Of a stretch of 64,000 nucleotides of DNA, positions 63,151-64,000 are shown one piece after another. The notes beneath the pieces are model-generated. The model searched no databases and was not told the DNA's origin. It saw only the letters and a list, made by a program, of their open reading frames with translations. The position numbers and the translations under genes were made by a program. The stretch is from Euprymna scolopes (lineage: Eukaryota): NCBI GenBank assembly GCA_053919585.1, contig CM132808.1, one strand, 5' to 3'. How positions within the stretch are numbered: position 1 is the stretch's first letter; each line of letters begins with the position of its first letter.

Positions 63151-64000
63151 TCCCCCCCCCCCGGTTTAGCTAATATATGACGGGGGTAAATTTTCTGTAA
63201 ATGCAAACAGCGGACTTTATTTTGTAAACGAAATAAACCAGTAATGATTTATGTTGAATTTGTTCTGTTAGTGGCGAAGAAATGAAACTTTATTTGTCCC
63301 CCCCCCCCGGAAAGCAAAATATGTTTAATGTTATTTTTATCTGTCTGTTTTATGCACGTAAAATTGAAAGAATTAATGGCAAAACTGGGGGAAAATGTAA
63401 GAAAGGGTGTTAAAAAATCATTTGTAGGTGTTTAGGACCCAAAAAAAAGGGGGGAAAAATGAAAAAACTGAAGGTAGTCCTGCATAATTGGACCTGAATT
63501 CGTGAGAACGGCAATCATCGGTGTCAGCCGAAGACTACCGGAAAAATCAACCAAAAAAAAAAAAAACAAACAAACAAACAAATAAAACGAACAGGAAAGA
63601 ATACAAATGTGGGGGGGGGGGGAGGAAAACCCCAAGAAACTTACCGTGTAAAATGCAAAAATGTTTATGGTATTTTATTAATTTTTTTACTTATTTATTG
63701 TTGGCTTGTTTTCTGCAATAAAATCCAATAAACAAAACAAATTGCAAAAAATGCAAATGGAAAAAAATAAAAAAAATAAAACCAGAAAACTGAAAATATG
63801 TTAAATAGATTTTTTTTTTTAATGTTGGCTTGTTTTCCGCAAAAAAGTATTTTTTAACCGTATAATTGTTAGGTGTAAGTACAACGGTTTGTTATGTGTT
63901 TAGTTTTGTTTTCTTTTTTGTATTGTTTTCTTTGTGGTCGCTTTTTATCAATTGGAATGTCGTCTGATTCCATATCGATAGCGTAGTAGTAATTGGGCTA

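Noticed and set aside
164-63721. Most ORF-track entries (YIYI, CVCV, poly-K/F/I/S and X-filled ORFs)
   Set aside because: They are translations of microsatellites, homopolymers or N-gaps; they have no domain content and often start at non-ATG codons.

Overview
AT-rich, microsatellite-dense animal genomic DNA with ten N-gaps. The repeat content suggests a mollusc, most likely an octopod cephalopod (inference). There is one real protein-coding segment: the large terminal coding exon of an Sp5/buttonhead-class zinc-finger transcription factor (+ strand, 54011-55441, entered through a phase-0 splice acceptor; the short first exon was not located). The rest is non-coding and filled with decayed mobile DNA: CR1-group and R4/Dong-like LINE fragments, a Penelope GIY-YIG remnant, Tc1/mariner relics and MITEs, hAT- and Kolobok-like elements, non-autonomous Helitrons, 5S-rRNA-derived SINEs and a probable solo LTR. 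There are also two near-intact tRNA-like genes. Most notable: (1) a four-copy ~190-nt U2-snRNA-derived retroposon with TSDs, whose branch-point-recognition sequence is locked in a hairpin; (2) a near-perfect palindrome encoding two divergent type I hammerhead ribozymes; (3) tRNA-headed SINE families carrying hammerhead motifs; (4) clusters of TCF/LEF and Helper sites upstream of Sp5 that look like Wnt-response enhancers; (5) many local fold-back inversions. All family assignments were made by eye from recalled motifs; no searches were run.
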